Shown: piece by piece, positions 41,643-50,555 of the stretch
How the letters are laid out: each line of letters opens with the position of its first letter
How positions within the stretch are numbered: the stretch's first letter is position 1
Assembly (NCBI GenBank): GCA_043721315.1
Contig: JAYSQZ010000036.1
Coordinates: 533-64,532, forward strand
Length of the DNA: 64,000 bases
From: Alphaproteobacteria bacterium
Lineage (GTDB): Bacteria > Pseudomonadota > Alphaproteobacteria > Elsterales > Elsteraceae
Direction of reading: 5' to 3'
Position numbers and translations under genes: made by a program
Notes under the pieces: generated by a model
What the model was told of the DNA's origin: nothing
The model's database searches: none
What the model saw: the letters and a program-made list of their open reading frames with translations, nothing else

Positions 41643-41680
41643 CGCTGTTTCGGCTATTCTGAAGACCGAAGGAGAGCAAG

Positions 41681-41944
41681 ATGCGGTTCACGTCGGATGA
41701 TCTTCTGCACCATTATGGCGCGGTCGCCCAGCGGGCGGGGTATGAGCCTGTGATGATTTCGGAAGCGGGCGAAGACCGGCTGGTTCTCATGTCGGTTGAT
41801 GAATACCGCCGTTTGCTTCGGGGGTGGCGGGTTGCCATCCCGACCGAGGCACTGGACGCCGAAACCCTAGCGCGGATCACGCTGTCGCACGCGCCCCCCG
41901 AGGCTGCGGCCTTTGACCATGAGTGGCCCGAACCGCAAACGTGA
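41681..41944 (+). CDS. Phd/YefM family antitoxin
   Basis: MRFTSDDL...EPVMI...DRLVLMSVDEYRRL pattern; small acidic protein upstream of a toxin-like gene. Confidence 0.75.
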   Translation: MRFTSDDLLHHYGAVAQRAGYEPVMISEAGEDRLVLMSVDEYRRLLRGWRVAIPTEALDAETLARITLSHAPPEAAAFDHEWPEPQT

Positions 41945-42375
41945 CCGAGTTTATTCCAAAACCGGGCCATGTTCTGCGCTACGCCTACCTCTGGCACGAG
42001 GAAGCCGCGAGGGGGTTGGACGAAGGGCAAAAGAACCGCCCCTGCGCTGTTGTTCTGGCTACGGAAACGGTGGCAGGGCTTGAGGTTATTCTGCTCCCCA
42101 TTACACACACAGCCCCCCGTGATCCAACCGAGGCGGTAGAACTCCCGTTAGCGACTAAGCGCCGCTTGGGATTAGATGACGCGCGCTCCTGGATTGCTCT
42201 GACCGAGGTCAATAGGTTTCTCTGGCCAGGTTTTGATATTCGTCCAAAGCCGGGCCAGGGAACGCAGACGGCTTGTCTCGGCCTACTGCCGTATAATTTC
42301 TTCGAGCATGTGCAACAAAGGCTGCAAGCTTACATCACGCAAAGAAAGTTAAGGGTGACGGATAGAACGGACTAA
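41941..42375 (+). CDS. PemK/MazF-like putative toxin
   Basis: PGHVLRYAYLW...EGQKNRPCAVV...LPITH; GTGA overlap with the antitoxin. Confidence 0.65.
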   Translation: MTEFIPKPGHVLRYAYLWHEEAARGLDEGQKNRPCAVVLATETVAGLEVILLPITHTAPRDPTEAVELPLATKRRLGLDDARSWIALTEVNRFLWPGFDIRPKPGQGTQTACLGLLPYNFFEHVQQRLQAYITQRKLRVTDRTD

Positions 42376-42384
42376 CCTGCCCCC

Positions 42385-43488
42385 TCACATCTTCGGCCAC
42401 GCCCGGTCAATATCCGCTTTCCGCAAGGTTGCCCGCAGTGAATCGACCAGATCGGTGCGCGGCGGCAGGGGGGCGAAGCGGGCGGTAAGCTCCGGCGGCA
42501 ACGAAAAATTCGGCAGAATCGGGCGCACGAAGCCTTCGGCGAACAGGCGCTGGGCCGTTTCGGTGAGGGCGAAGTTTATCCACAGTTTTCCGCCAGCGGC
42601 ATTGCGGGCGCCTTTCACCAGCGACAGTGTGTAGGCGGCGGCAGCGGTGCCATCGGCGGGCAGGATCACTTCGGCTTCGTCCATGCCGTCGAGATGTTTC
42701 ACGCGCAGCCCATCGGCCTCAAACGTGATCCAAACCGGGATTTCTCCGCGCAGGAAGCGCGCTTGTGCGGAGCCGGGGTCGATACGCTGGACGTTTCCGG
42801 CTTTATGCAGGGCGGTGAAATACTCAATGCCCGGACGCACTGAATCGAGCGTGCCGCCTGCCGCGACATTGGCGGCGAAGGCGAGGGTGAGGCCCACGGT
42901 CGTCGTTTGCGGATCGGGGTAGGTAATGCTGTTCTTAAACTCAGGCTTCCGCAAATCGGCCCAAGTGCGGGGCAGGCTTTTCACCAGCTTGCGGTTCACG
43001 ACGAAGGCGATGGGCAGGGTGTGAACGCCAACCCACAAACCTTCGGTATCTTTCGCCGCCCCCGGCAGCCGGTCCAGATTGACCGGGCGGTGGGGGCTAA
43101 GCAGGCCCCGGCTGGCGGCATCGAGCGCGACAAGGGAGTAGAAATAAGCGGCATCGGCGGGCGGGCGTTCGCGCAACCGGTCAAGCTGCGTTACGGTCGC
43201 GGTGGAGCCTAAATCGGTATAGGCCAGCGGCACATCTGGGTAGCGCTGCCCGAAAGCCCGCACCACGGCCCCCCAATTGGCCCAGCCGAGGGCGGTATTG
43301 GCGCTGATAGCAACGCCTTCTTTTCCAGCGGCTTCGGCCAGGGCTTTTTCGCCTGGATAAAGCTCTTGCCCCTCACTGAGCGGGGCAATCTCCTCGGCTT
43401 GGGCCAAGGCCCGGTCAAGCGGGGCAAGGCTGAAGCCTACGAGGAAAACCGTCCCTATCAGGGCGCATCGGGAGAAGAGCGGCAGCAT
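42385..43488 (-). CDS. Orphan ABC transporter extracellular solute-binding protein
   Basis: Signal peptide; WANWGA, PRTWADL, PDPQTTTVG; iron/polyamine/phosphonate-type SBP by resemblance; start trimmed. Confidence 0.82.
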   Translation of the reverse strand: MLPLFSRCALIGTVFLVGFSLAPLDRALAQAEEIAPLSEGQELYPGEKALAEAAGKEGVAISANTALGWANWGAVVRAFGQRYPDVPLAYTDLGSTATVTQLDRLRERPPADAAYFYSLVALDAASRGLLSPHRPVNLDRLPGAAKDTEGLWVGVHTLPIAFVVNRKLVKSLPRTWADLRKPEFKNSITYPDPQTTTVGLTLAFAANVAAGGTLDSVRPGIEYFTALHKAGNVQRIDPGSAQARFLRGEIPVWITFEADGLRVKHLDGMDEAEVILPADGTAAAAYTLSLVKGARNAAGGKLWINFALTETAQRLFAEGFVRPILPNFSLPPELTARFAPLPPRTDLVDSLRATLRKADIDRAWPKM

Positions 43489-43525
43489 GAAACCCATCCG
43501 GCAAATCACAAAAAACGAAGACCAT

Positions 43526-43559
43526 AAAAAACCCTGCCGATTAGCAAAACCGGCAGGGT
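43526..43559 (-). terminator. Rho-independent terminator after the cold-shock gene
   Basis: ACCCTGCCG/CGGCAGGGT stem followed by a U-tract on the minus strand. Confidence 0.75.
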
Positions 43560-43625
43560 CTAAATCAATCATAGAGAAAAACTTACCCCAAGAGAGGAAA
43601 GGCTAACTCTCTGAAGAAACGATTT

Positions 43626-44441
43626 TTAGTAGGAATCATGTCCGTGGTCATTGTTGCTCGGGGGCGGGGCTTCGCCATCGAGCTCCAAGGTACGGGCTTC
43701 CGGGCCTTTGTCGCGTTCAATCGACGAGAAACGGACGCGTTGGCCCGGCTGCACATCGACAAGACCAGCGCGACGCAAGACCGAAGCGTGCAAGAACACG
43801 TCTTTCCCACCTGAATCCGGTGTAATGAAGCCAAAGCCCTTCGTGGCATTGAACCATTTTACCGTGCCTTCGCCGCTTTCGCCGGGAGGGCCACCGCGAT
43901 CGGCACCAAAGCCGCCGCCGAAGCCACCACGATCAGCGCCGCCGCCGAAGCCGCCGCGATCACCGCCGCCGCCGAAGCCGCCGCGATCACCGCCACCGCC
44001 GCCGAAGCCGCCGCGATCACGGTCGCCGCCGCCGAAGCCGCCACGATCACCACCACGATCAAAGCCGCCGCCGAAGCCGCCGCCACCACGATCCCCGTAG
44101 CTATCACCGCCGAAACCACCGGCACGCGGCGGACGCGGCGCACGTTGGGGTTCACCTTGCGGATTTTCGACCGCCGTGGAGTCATCGACTTCCAACATGC
44201 GCGTCACCTGACGGCCTTTTTTGCCGGGAGCGACTTCACAGGAAATTGTCGCTCCTTCTTTCAGCTGCTCCAACCCGGCGCGCTGAACCACCGACACGTG
44301 AACGAACACGTCTTCCGAACCATCGGTTGGCTTAATAAAGCCAAAACCTTTAGTGGCCGAAAACCACGTGACTGCGCCGCTCAAGCGTTCCGTTGCCATA
44401 GGCGGACGGGGAGCAGACGAAAAAGACCCTTTGCGCATCAT
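43626..44441 (-). CDS. Tandem cold-shock domain protein with Gly/Arg/Asp/Phe low-complexity linker (start 44441, 44438 or 44399)
   Basis: Two CSDs (WFSATKGFGFI/DVFVH and WFNATKGFGFI/DVFLH) joined by 8 DRGG repeats. Confidence 0.93.
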   Translation of the reverse strand: MMRKGSFSSAPRPPMATERLSGAVTWFSATKGFGFIKPTDGSEDVFVHVSVVQRAGLEQLKEGATISCEVAPGKKGRQVTRMLEVDDSTAVENPQGEPQRAPRPPRAGGFGGDSYGDRGGGGFGGGFDRGGDRGGFGGGDRDRGGFGGGGGDRGGFGGGGDRGGFGGGADRGGFGGGFGADRGGPPGESGEGTVKWFNATKGFGFITPDSGGKDVFLHASVLRRAGLVDVQPGQRVRFSSIERDKGPEARTLELDGEAPPPSNNDHGHDSY

Positions 44442-44882
44442 GAACCGACAAACTCCGTACGAACCGCCCACAGGGCGGACCAAATCAACTTAATGGCCGG
44501 GCGAGCTGAGACTCGTTGCGTACCCCGTGCCTGACACGCAACTGTCGCTCCGACCAAGTAAAAACTGTTTGCTACGCTCGAACATGCGACCCGCCCCAAG
44601 TGAGAGCGTGACGCGCTATCCTAAAGAAGAACCTTAAAGATTCGAGGGTCCGAAAAACTTTCCGGTCTCGCTTCCGACTTTCTTCCTGCGCGCATCCAGC
44701 TTAAACCTGCCGAATGCGGCGCCGATGAAAAGTACGTTATCCCGCTCGCATAAACGACCGCTATCTCGCCACTTCCCACACGATACGCCATCCCAAAACA
44801 CAGCCTACGGGAAGTTACGCCCCGCAGCAAGGCGGATCATTCGATTTGTCAAAAAAAGCTAAATCCTGACCTAATGGTCAGT

Positions 44883-45884
44883 TTACAGCGTCAAAACGAG
44901 TAAAAACACTCCGCCGAGTGTAACAAGAGCCGGACCTGCTAACGCGATGACAAGGCTCCAGAAACCCGCGCGTTGGGTGTTGTTCGCCCAGCGGCCAACC
45001 CACCCCCGCCCCAGCAGAGTGAGCAACCCCAAACCGGTCATGGTGAGGGCCATACCCACCGCAATCGCGCTGACCATAGCCAAGCCCACAAGCCACAGGC
45101 CGTTGGCGGCGCAGAAAATCAATACGATGATCGCCCCAGTGCAAGGAACCGCGCCCGCCATCCAGCCGGTCAGTCGCGCCCGCCAACGGTCGGCACGGGA
45201 GAGCGCGATGGGTTGATGCCCGTGCCCGTGATTCTCGTGCCCGTGATTCTCGTGCCCATGATTCTCGTGCCCGTGATGATGTCCGTGATGGTGCCCGTGG
45301 TCATGCCCGCAGTCGCTAGGGGCGAGGCCCTTTTGCACGCGCTGAGTGGCCTCCAGTAGAAACCATAGCCCCAGGGCGATGATCCCCGCATAGGCGATCA
45401 GACGGATTTCGCGGCTGCTTTCAAAATCCGGTGCGGGTTTGCCGTCGAACAGTAAAAACAGCACGGCGACGATGATGAGGGCCGAGGCAACGTGCGTGAC
45501 GGCAATGCGAATGCCCATTCGCACCCCTTCCCCCAGCCGGGACTCGCGCCCGAGGAAGTAAGAGATAACCAGCATCTTGCCGTGCCCTGGTCCGGCGGCG
45601 TGAAAGATGCCGTAGAGAAAGGCCGCGCCAACGGCGGTTAGCAGCGTTAGCCAGGAGCCGCCGTCCCGCAGATCAATCAGCAGGCGGCGGAATTTCAACG
45701 CGGCATCGCGCTGCTGGGCCGTCATCCAGCGCATCAGGCTGGTGCTCTCTTCAGGGCTAGAGGCGCTGACCGGCGCGGGCGCACCGCGCAGGGGGCCGAC
45801 TTGCGCGACCGCCGAGCCGAACGGCATCAGCAGGCCGAGCAGCAGGATTAGGGCCAGGATCAGTGGTTGGATCAGTCGGGGCAT
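44883..45884 (-). CDS. NicO/HoxN family metal transporter (ZevB/RcnA-like) with His-rich loop
   Basis: YGIFHAAGPGHGK, PCTGA, His-rich cytoplasmic loop. Confidence 0.88.
   Translation of the reverse strand: MPRLIQPLILALILLLGLLMPFGSAVAQVGPLRGAPAPVSASSPEESTSLMRWMTAQQRDAALKFRRLLIDLRDGGSWLTLLTAVGAAFLYGIFHAAGPGHGKMLVISYFLGRESRLGEGVRMGIRIAVTHVASALIIVAVLFLLFDGKPAPDFESSREIRLIAYAGIIALGLWFLLEATQRVQKGLAPSDCGHDHGHHHGHHHGHENHGHENHGHENHGHGHQPIALSRADRWRARLTGWMAGAVPCTGAIIVLIFCAANGLWLVGLAMVSAIAVGMALTMTGLGLLTLLGRGWVGRWANNTQRAGFWSLVIALAGPALVTLGGVFLLVLTL
45224..45277. repeat. 15-bp in-frame tandem repeat encoding (HENHG)n
   Basis: GCCCGTGATTCTCGT three times (one mismatch) plus a partial copy. Confidence 0.85.
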
Positions 45885-46480
45885 TGCAGGGACGCCACTT
45901 GCGGATAGGCCAAGCCATTATAAATCGGGTGCGCGCGATCTTCCACCACCACCACCGAGCACGCCGGAGTGGGGGCGGCGAACACCACGCCGGGCCGATT
46001 TTCGGGCAGCAGGCTTTCGATATAATATTCAGGATCATAGCTGCCCACCGTTACCGTGTGGGCAACCCCGGCCCCGGCGAGCGAGACCGGGCGGCTGAGG
46101 GGAACGTAGAAACGGAACACCATCTGTTTCCCCTGAAGCTCGATGCTCAAGCGCTGCACAGGGCCAACGGCAACGCGCTTACCCCGCTCATAAACGAAAA
46201 TAAACTCCGAAAATGCCTCAACTGCCGTGATTTCTTTTGCTTGAAGCTCTTTTGCCTCGGCTGGATCGAAGCGCCCGTTTTTGTTGCGGTCATAGGTCGT
46301 GCGGTAGCGGTCGGAATAAAATTCGTCCCACGCCCAACTTAGGTCGATGCCGGTCAGGGTGCCGTTTTGAGTGTGAAGGCTCATTTCAAGCTCTATCCAC
46401 ACATGCGGATGGGCGCGGGCGGCAGGCATCAACCCGGCCCATATTATTGCCCCAACGAGGCAGAAGGTAAAGCAGCGCAT
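45872..46480 (-). CDS. DUF1007 family periplasmic protein (ZevA-like)
   Basis: Signal peptide followed by AHPHVWI; WDEFYS, YDPEYYI. Confidence 0.9.
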   Translation of the reverse strand: MRCFTFCLVGAIIWAGLMPAARAHPHVWIELEMSLHTQNGTLTGIDLSWAWDEFYSDRYRTTYDRNKNGRFDPAEAKELQAKEITAVEAFSEFIFVYERGKRVAVGPVQRLSIELQGKQMVFRFYVPLSRPVSLAGAGVAHTVTVGSYDPEYYIESLLPENRPGVVFAAPTPACSVVVVEDRAHPIYNGLAYPQVASLQCPD

Positions 46481-46516
46481 AGGGGTTTATAGCGAGAGCC
46501 AAAGCTCTCGTCACCG

Positions 46517-47419
46517 TTAGTTCTTCATCATGCCCGCAATCAGCATCTTGGTGTTATGGCGCATCATCGCAAGATAACTCGGTGCTGGGCCGGAGGCGGG
46601 GGAGAGCGCGTCTGAATACAGTGACCCGCCAATAGTGGCCCCGGCTTCGGTTGCCAACTGCTGCGTTAGGCGCGGGTCGGAGATATTTTCAACGAAGACG
46701 GCCTTAATCTTTTCCTTACGAATTTGGCTAATCAGTCGCGCCACATCCTTGGCGGAGGCTTCGCTATCGGTATTCATGCCCTGAGGAGCGTGAAAAGTTA
46801 CGCCATAGGCTTTACCATAATAGCCGAAGGCATCGTGGGAAGTGATGACGCGGCGTTGCGCCGGCGTAAGGGCACCCACCTGTGCCGTAATCTCTGCGTC
46901 CAGCGCGTCCAACTCAGCCCGATAGGCGGCGGCGCGGGCTTTATAAGTGTCGGCATTAGCGGCGTCTGCGTCGGCCAGCGCGGCAGCAATCGTGGCGACC
47001 ATCACTCGGACGTTGCCAACATCCTGCCACGCATGGGGATCGACATTGCCGTGCCCATGACCGTCTTTACCAGCGGCGCGGGGGGTGATCCCTTTGGTGA
47101 CGGTAATCGCCTTGCCTTTCGTGCCGCTACTTTTGAGCAAACGGCTCATCCAGCCCTCGAACCCAAGACCGTTCAGAAAGATCAGCTTGGCCCCGGCGAC
47201 GGCTTTCGCGTCTGCGGGGCTAGGCTGATACACGTGCGCGTCGCCATCTGGGCCAACGAGCACCTTCACTACCGCCGCTGGCCCAGCGATTTGAGTAACA
47301 AGATCGCCTAAAATCGAAAAACTCGCCACCACTTGCATAGGCTCGGCGGCGCGCACGGGCAGGGTTGCCGCGAGAAGCGCGATGGCAGGCAGACTGAGCA
47401 GCAAACGACGGAAGAGCAT
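46517..47419 (-). CDS. Cluster A-I metal ABC substrate-binding protein (AztC/ZnuA/TroA-like)
   Basis: DAHVYQPSP, NGLGFEGW, DPHAW, ITSHDAFGY, LYSDAL. Confidence 0.92.
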   Translation of the reverse strand: MLFRRLLLSLPAIALLAATLPVRAAEPMQVVASFSILGDLVTQIAGPAAVVKVLVGPDGDAHVYQPSPADAKAVAGAKLIFLNGLGFEGWMSRLLKSSGTKGKAITVTKGITPRAAGKDGHGHGNVDPHAWQDVGNVRVMVATIAAALADADAANADTYKARAAAYRAELDALDAEITAQVGALTPAQRRVITSHDAFGYYGKAYGVTFHAPQGMNTDSEASAKDVARLISQIRKEKIKAVFVENISDPRLTQQLATEAGATIGGSLYSDALSPASGPAPSYLAMMRHNTKMLIAGMMKN

Positions 47420-47441
47420 GATAACCTCGGAACAAGAAAAT

Positions 47442-47458
47442 ACGTTATAACATAACGT
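47442..47458. promoter_or_regulatory. Zur box
   Basis: Perfect 7-3-7 palindrome ACGTTAT-AAC-ATAACGT 22 bp upstream of the SBP start, matching the GTTATGTTATAAC Zur-type consensus. Confidence 0.8.
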
Positions 47459-47573
47459 CCGCTAAGTGCAGAAGGCAAGCGGGGGATTTACCAGGGGGAG
47501 GCTTGTTTACCCTCGCAGGCCGAAGCGTTTTTTCCAAAACGAGCCGAGGCGTGCGCCGTGCAACAGCCCCCTC

Positions 47574-48128
47574 TTACTTAAAGCTAAGGTTCAACTCGGC
47601 CACGGTGGCCTCTAGCGCGATGCACGAGGCGTCGTAGATGTCCGGCAATTGAGCGGCCCGCGCGGCAGCACTGCCCCAATCACCGTGCCGCAGCGCCACA
47701 ACGATTGCGCGGGCTTCTTGGGCCAATAGCCCCATCCCCACGGCACCAGCGGTGCCGATCAGCGAATGGGCGGTGCGGGCCAAAGCGTCAGCTTGTTCGG
47801 CAACCAAGGCGGCTAACGCTGCGTCCAGCAACTCCCGCGCCGTGCGGTGAAACTGCACTAGAATGGCCGCGCAGCCGCTCGGCGCAAGATAGCGGTAGAG
47901 TTCTGCTAGAACATTTGGGTCGATATAGGCTTCGTCCGAGGCGGTGGGCGGCCCCGTCAGCGGCACCGTCAGAGGCGCCGCCAGCGGCTCTGGCGCGTCT
48001 GCCAGCAGGCTGCCCAGCGCTAGGGCATAATGCTTCTGCTCAAGGCTGAGGTCGGTCGTTAGCAACAACTCCAGAATCCCGCGCGCGGCGGCTAACCTGT
48101 TAGGCAGGATTTCTGGAAGAGGCCCCAC
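47574..48128 (-). CDS. Hpt domain protein with N-terminal His-less HisKA-like segment
   Basis: AHSLIGTAGAVG Hpt motif; N-terminal NRLAAARGILELLLTTDLSLEQKHYA; GTG start 6 bp after mscL. Confidence 0.72.
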   Translation of the reverse strand: MGPLPEILPNRLAAARGILELLLTTDLSLEQKHYALALGSLLADAPEPLAAPLTVPLTGPPTASDEAYIDPNVLAELYRYLAPSGCAAILVQFHRTARELLDAALAALVAEQADALARTAHSLIGTAGAVGMGLLAQEARAIVVALRHGDWGSAAARAAQLPDIYDASCIALEATVAELNLSFK

Positions 48129-48134
48129 CGCCTG

Positions 48135-48551
48135 TTACGGCTTTGGGCGAGACAGAAGATCGCGGATCTCGCGCAGCAGGGCTACATCTTCCGGCGTTGC
48201 GGCGGGCGGCGGCGGCGGCGCTTGGCGGCGCAGCTTATTGACGGCCCTGATCACCATGAACAGCACCCAGGCGACGATGAGGAAGTTGATCGAAATGGTT
48301 AGGAACTGACCATAGCCGATGACGGCCCCTTGTGCCTTGGCATCGGCGTAGGAGGTGGCCGTGACGCCCCCCACCAACGCTAGGAAATAGTTCGAGAAAT
48401 CCAGCCCCCCGGCGATCCAGCCGATGACGGGCATCAGCACGTCTTCCACCATCGAGGTAACGATCTTACCAAAGGCCGCGCCGATAATCACCCCGACGGC
48501 GAGATCAACCACATTGCCTTTTAGCGCAAATTCCCGAAACTCTTTGAGCAT
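48135..48551 (-). CDS. mscL: Large-conductance mechanosensitive channel
   Basis: [37 protein letters not shown]. Confidence 0.99.
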   Translation of the reverse strand: MLKEFREFALKGNVVDLAVGVIIGAAFGKIVTSMVEDVLMPVIGWIAGGLDFSNYFLALVGGVTATSYADAKAQGAVIGYGQFLTISINFLIVAWVLFMVIRAVNKLRRQAPPPPPAATPEDVALLREIRDLLSRPKP

Positions 48552-48613
48552 TCTGGTGCTCCCCCGCCATAGTATTCACTAAAAACAGCTTATGCCAAGA
48601 GGGGGGCGCGAAC

Positions 48614-48669
48614 CAGAGGAGATGCAATGCGGTTAGGCTAAATTATCCGCACGCAGCTCTAAACCTCTG
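48614..48669. repeat. Decayed copy of the GCACGCAGCTCTAA palindrome
   Basis: Right arm GCACGCAGCTCTAA identical to 21837-21850; left arm degenerate (GAGATGCAATGCGG). Confidence 0.6.
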
Positions 48670-48705
48670 TTTTATCGTAGGGGTCACGTCTTCGGCGATC
48701 ACGCT

Positions 48706-50430
48706 TTAGGCTGCGGACTTCGGAGATAAGGTTGCGCCATACTGACGCAGCTCACTCAATAAAGCGCCAACCTTCCGCATCAGCTTATTAGTTTGATCAA
48801 GAACAGTATTCGACGAATCTAGCACAATTCCAGCCTCAATTTCTGTGGTCTCTATAGCCCCGTTCACAGAAGCCGTTTTTTGAGCAACTGAAGTAGCGCT
48901 GTGATCAATTTGAAGAACCGTGCCAGCGATATCGCGAGTCACTTTGTTCTGATCCGTTACTGAAGTCGAGATCGTATCGGCAGCCGCGCTAATAAGGGTA
49001 ATGGTTTGGCCAATGCTACGAACGGCACCGACAGCACTGGCAACCGCTGCCTGCATCGAAGAAATTTGCTGATTAATGTCCTCGGTTGCCTTGGCAGTCT
49101 GATTGGCGAGATTCTTGACCTCCGAGGCAACAACGGCAAATCCTTTACCAGCCTCACCCGCCCGTGCGGCTTCAATCGTCGCATTGAGCGCGAGGAGATT
49201 GGTTTGTGCTGCGATAGCACTAATAATCCCCACGACATCGTTAATCCGTTGGGCGGCGCTGCTCAGCCCTGTAATGGTCGCGTCTGTTCGCTCCGCTTCC
49301 TCAACGGCTTGAGCCGCCACGGCCCGACTTTGAACAGACTGTTGCCCCACATCAGCAATAGAGCGTGTCAACTCTTCAATAGATGATGCCACACTTGTGA
49401 TCCGCGTCGATGTATCGAACGAGATCACCGCAACTTCTTTCGATTGATTTTTCGTGTCGCCCAATCTGTGGGTCATGCCTTTAGCAACGTGCGTTAAATC
49501 CGTGGAAGAACTAAGCAAATTCTGTACCATTTCTTCAACGGCTTGTTCAATTTTACCAGCAATATCATTAACAATTTCACGTTGCTGATCTTGAGATTTC
49601 CGATCCTTAATTTCTTGATCTTGGCGTAATTGCCGAACCGCACGCGCGTTTTCGACAAACACTTCGAGAGCGCGTGTCATCTGCCCAATTTCATCCCGAC
49701 GTTTGGCTCCCACGATCTTCACATCAAGATCTCCTTGAGCAAGAGCGCTCATGGCACGCTCTATCCGCCGAATGCCCTGAGATATTTGTAAACCGATACC
49801 GAAACTCGCCGAAAACGTAATCAGCAGTGCAAAAACTGAAACAGATAAAATCAACGCTCGAACATCATCCGCGATAGATTGTGCTCTTTCGCTTTGCTTG
49901 ATCATATTTTGAATAGTAAAACTACGAAAACGCTCTAATGGCTCGCGCAGCACGGCGTATTTTGCTGCCGCTGTTGTAATCAAAGGAGTTGCCAGAACTG
50001 GATTGCGCTGGGCCATATCAGTCGCCGCCTTCGCGCTTACAATATACTCATCGACCAATTTCGGTAAAGTTGCAATCAAATCTTGCTCTTCTTTAATAGA
50101 AGAACTTTGCGAAGCCACGTCTTGAACAATTTTCGTTACTAGACTGAGGCGCGTTGTAATCAGAGATTGAATTTTGCCAATTTCTTCATCTGAACGCCCT
50201 AGTCTTTTCCAAACAACAATACTAAACATATCTGATTGCGTATCAGCCACGGCTTGTAAAAGCTCATCCCCTCTAATCACCGATGGAATATCGACTTTAA
50301 CAATCTGGTTCGTTGATTTTGTCTGTTGTTCAAGTCCAGACCAGACTGTAAAGCCAATAGCAGCAAGAGCCATTACAAACAAAATTGGGGAAATTAAAAT
50401 TTTTGTCTTGATTGCTAGGTTCTGTAACAT
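48706..50430 (-). CDS. Methyl-accepting chemotaxis protein (TM, helical periplasmic domain, TM, HAMP, MA)
   Basis: [12 protein letters not shown]; [37 protein letters not shown] signature. Confidence 0.96.
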   Translation of the reverse strand: MLQNLAIKTKILISPILFVMALAAIGFTVWSGLEQQTKSTNQIVKVDIPSVIRGDELLQAVADTQSDMFSIVVWKRLGRSDEEIGKIQSLITTRLSLVTKIVQDVASQSSSIKEEQDLIATLPKLVDEYIVSAKAATDMAQRNPVLATPLITTAAAKYAVLREPLERFRSFTIQNMIKQSERAQSIADDVRALILSVSVFALLITFSASFGIGLQISQGIRRIERAMSALAQGDLDVKIVGAKRRDEIGQMTRALEVFVENARAVRQLRQDQEIKDRKSQDQQREIVNDIAGKIEQAVEEMVQNLLSSSTDLTHVAKGMTHRLGDTKNQSKEVAVISFDTSTRITSVASSIEELTRSIADVGQQSVQSRAVAAQAVEEAERTDATITGLSSAAQRINDVVGIISAIAAQTNLLALNATIEAARAGEAGKGFAVVASEVKNLANQTAKATEDINQQISSMQAAVASAVGAVRSIGQTITLISAAADTISTSVTDQNKVTRDIAGTVLQIDHSATSVAQKTASVNGAIETTEIEAGIVLDSSNTVLDQTNKLMRKVGALLSELRQYGATLSPKSAA

Positions 50431-50555
50431 TACTTCACCTCTCCTAATAAGTCCAGTGAGTGAATTTGGCGGCTTTCGTATCAGTAAAAAGCCGCCAACT
50501 CATCTAACAAGAATCCCGAACAGGTGGGATTATCCGGTCCTGTGATTCCGATAAA

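Noticed and set aside
44570-44600. tRNA T-loop-like GTTCGAG on the minus strand
   Set aside because: The flanking bases do not form a T-stem or cloverleaf.
44621-44830. 69-aa ORF upstream of the csp gene
   Set aside because: No RBS, recognisable motif or coding-like composition.
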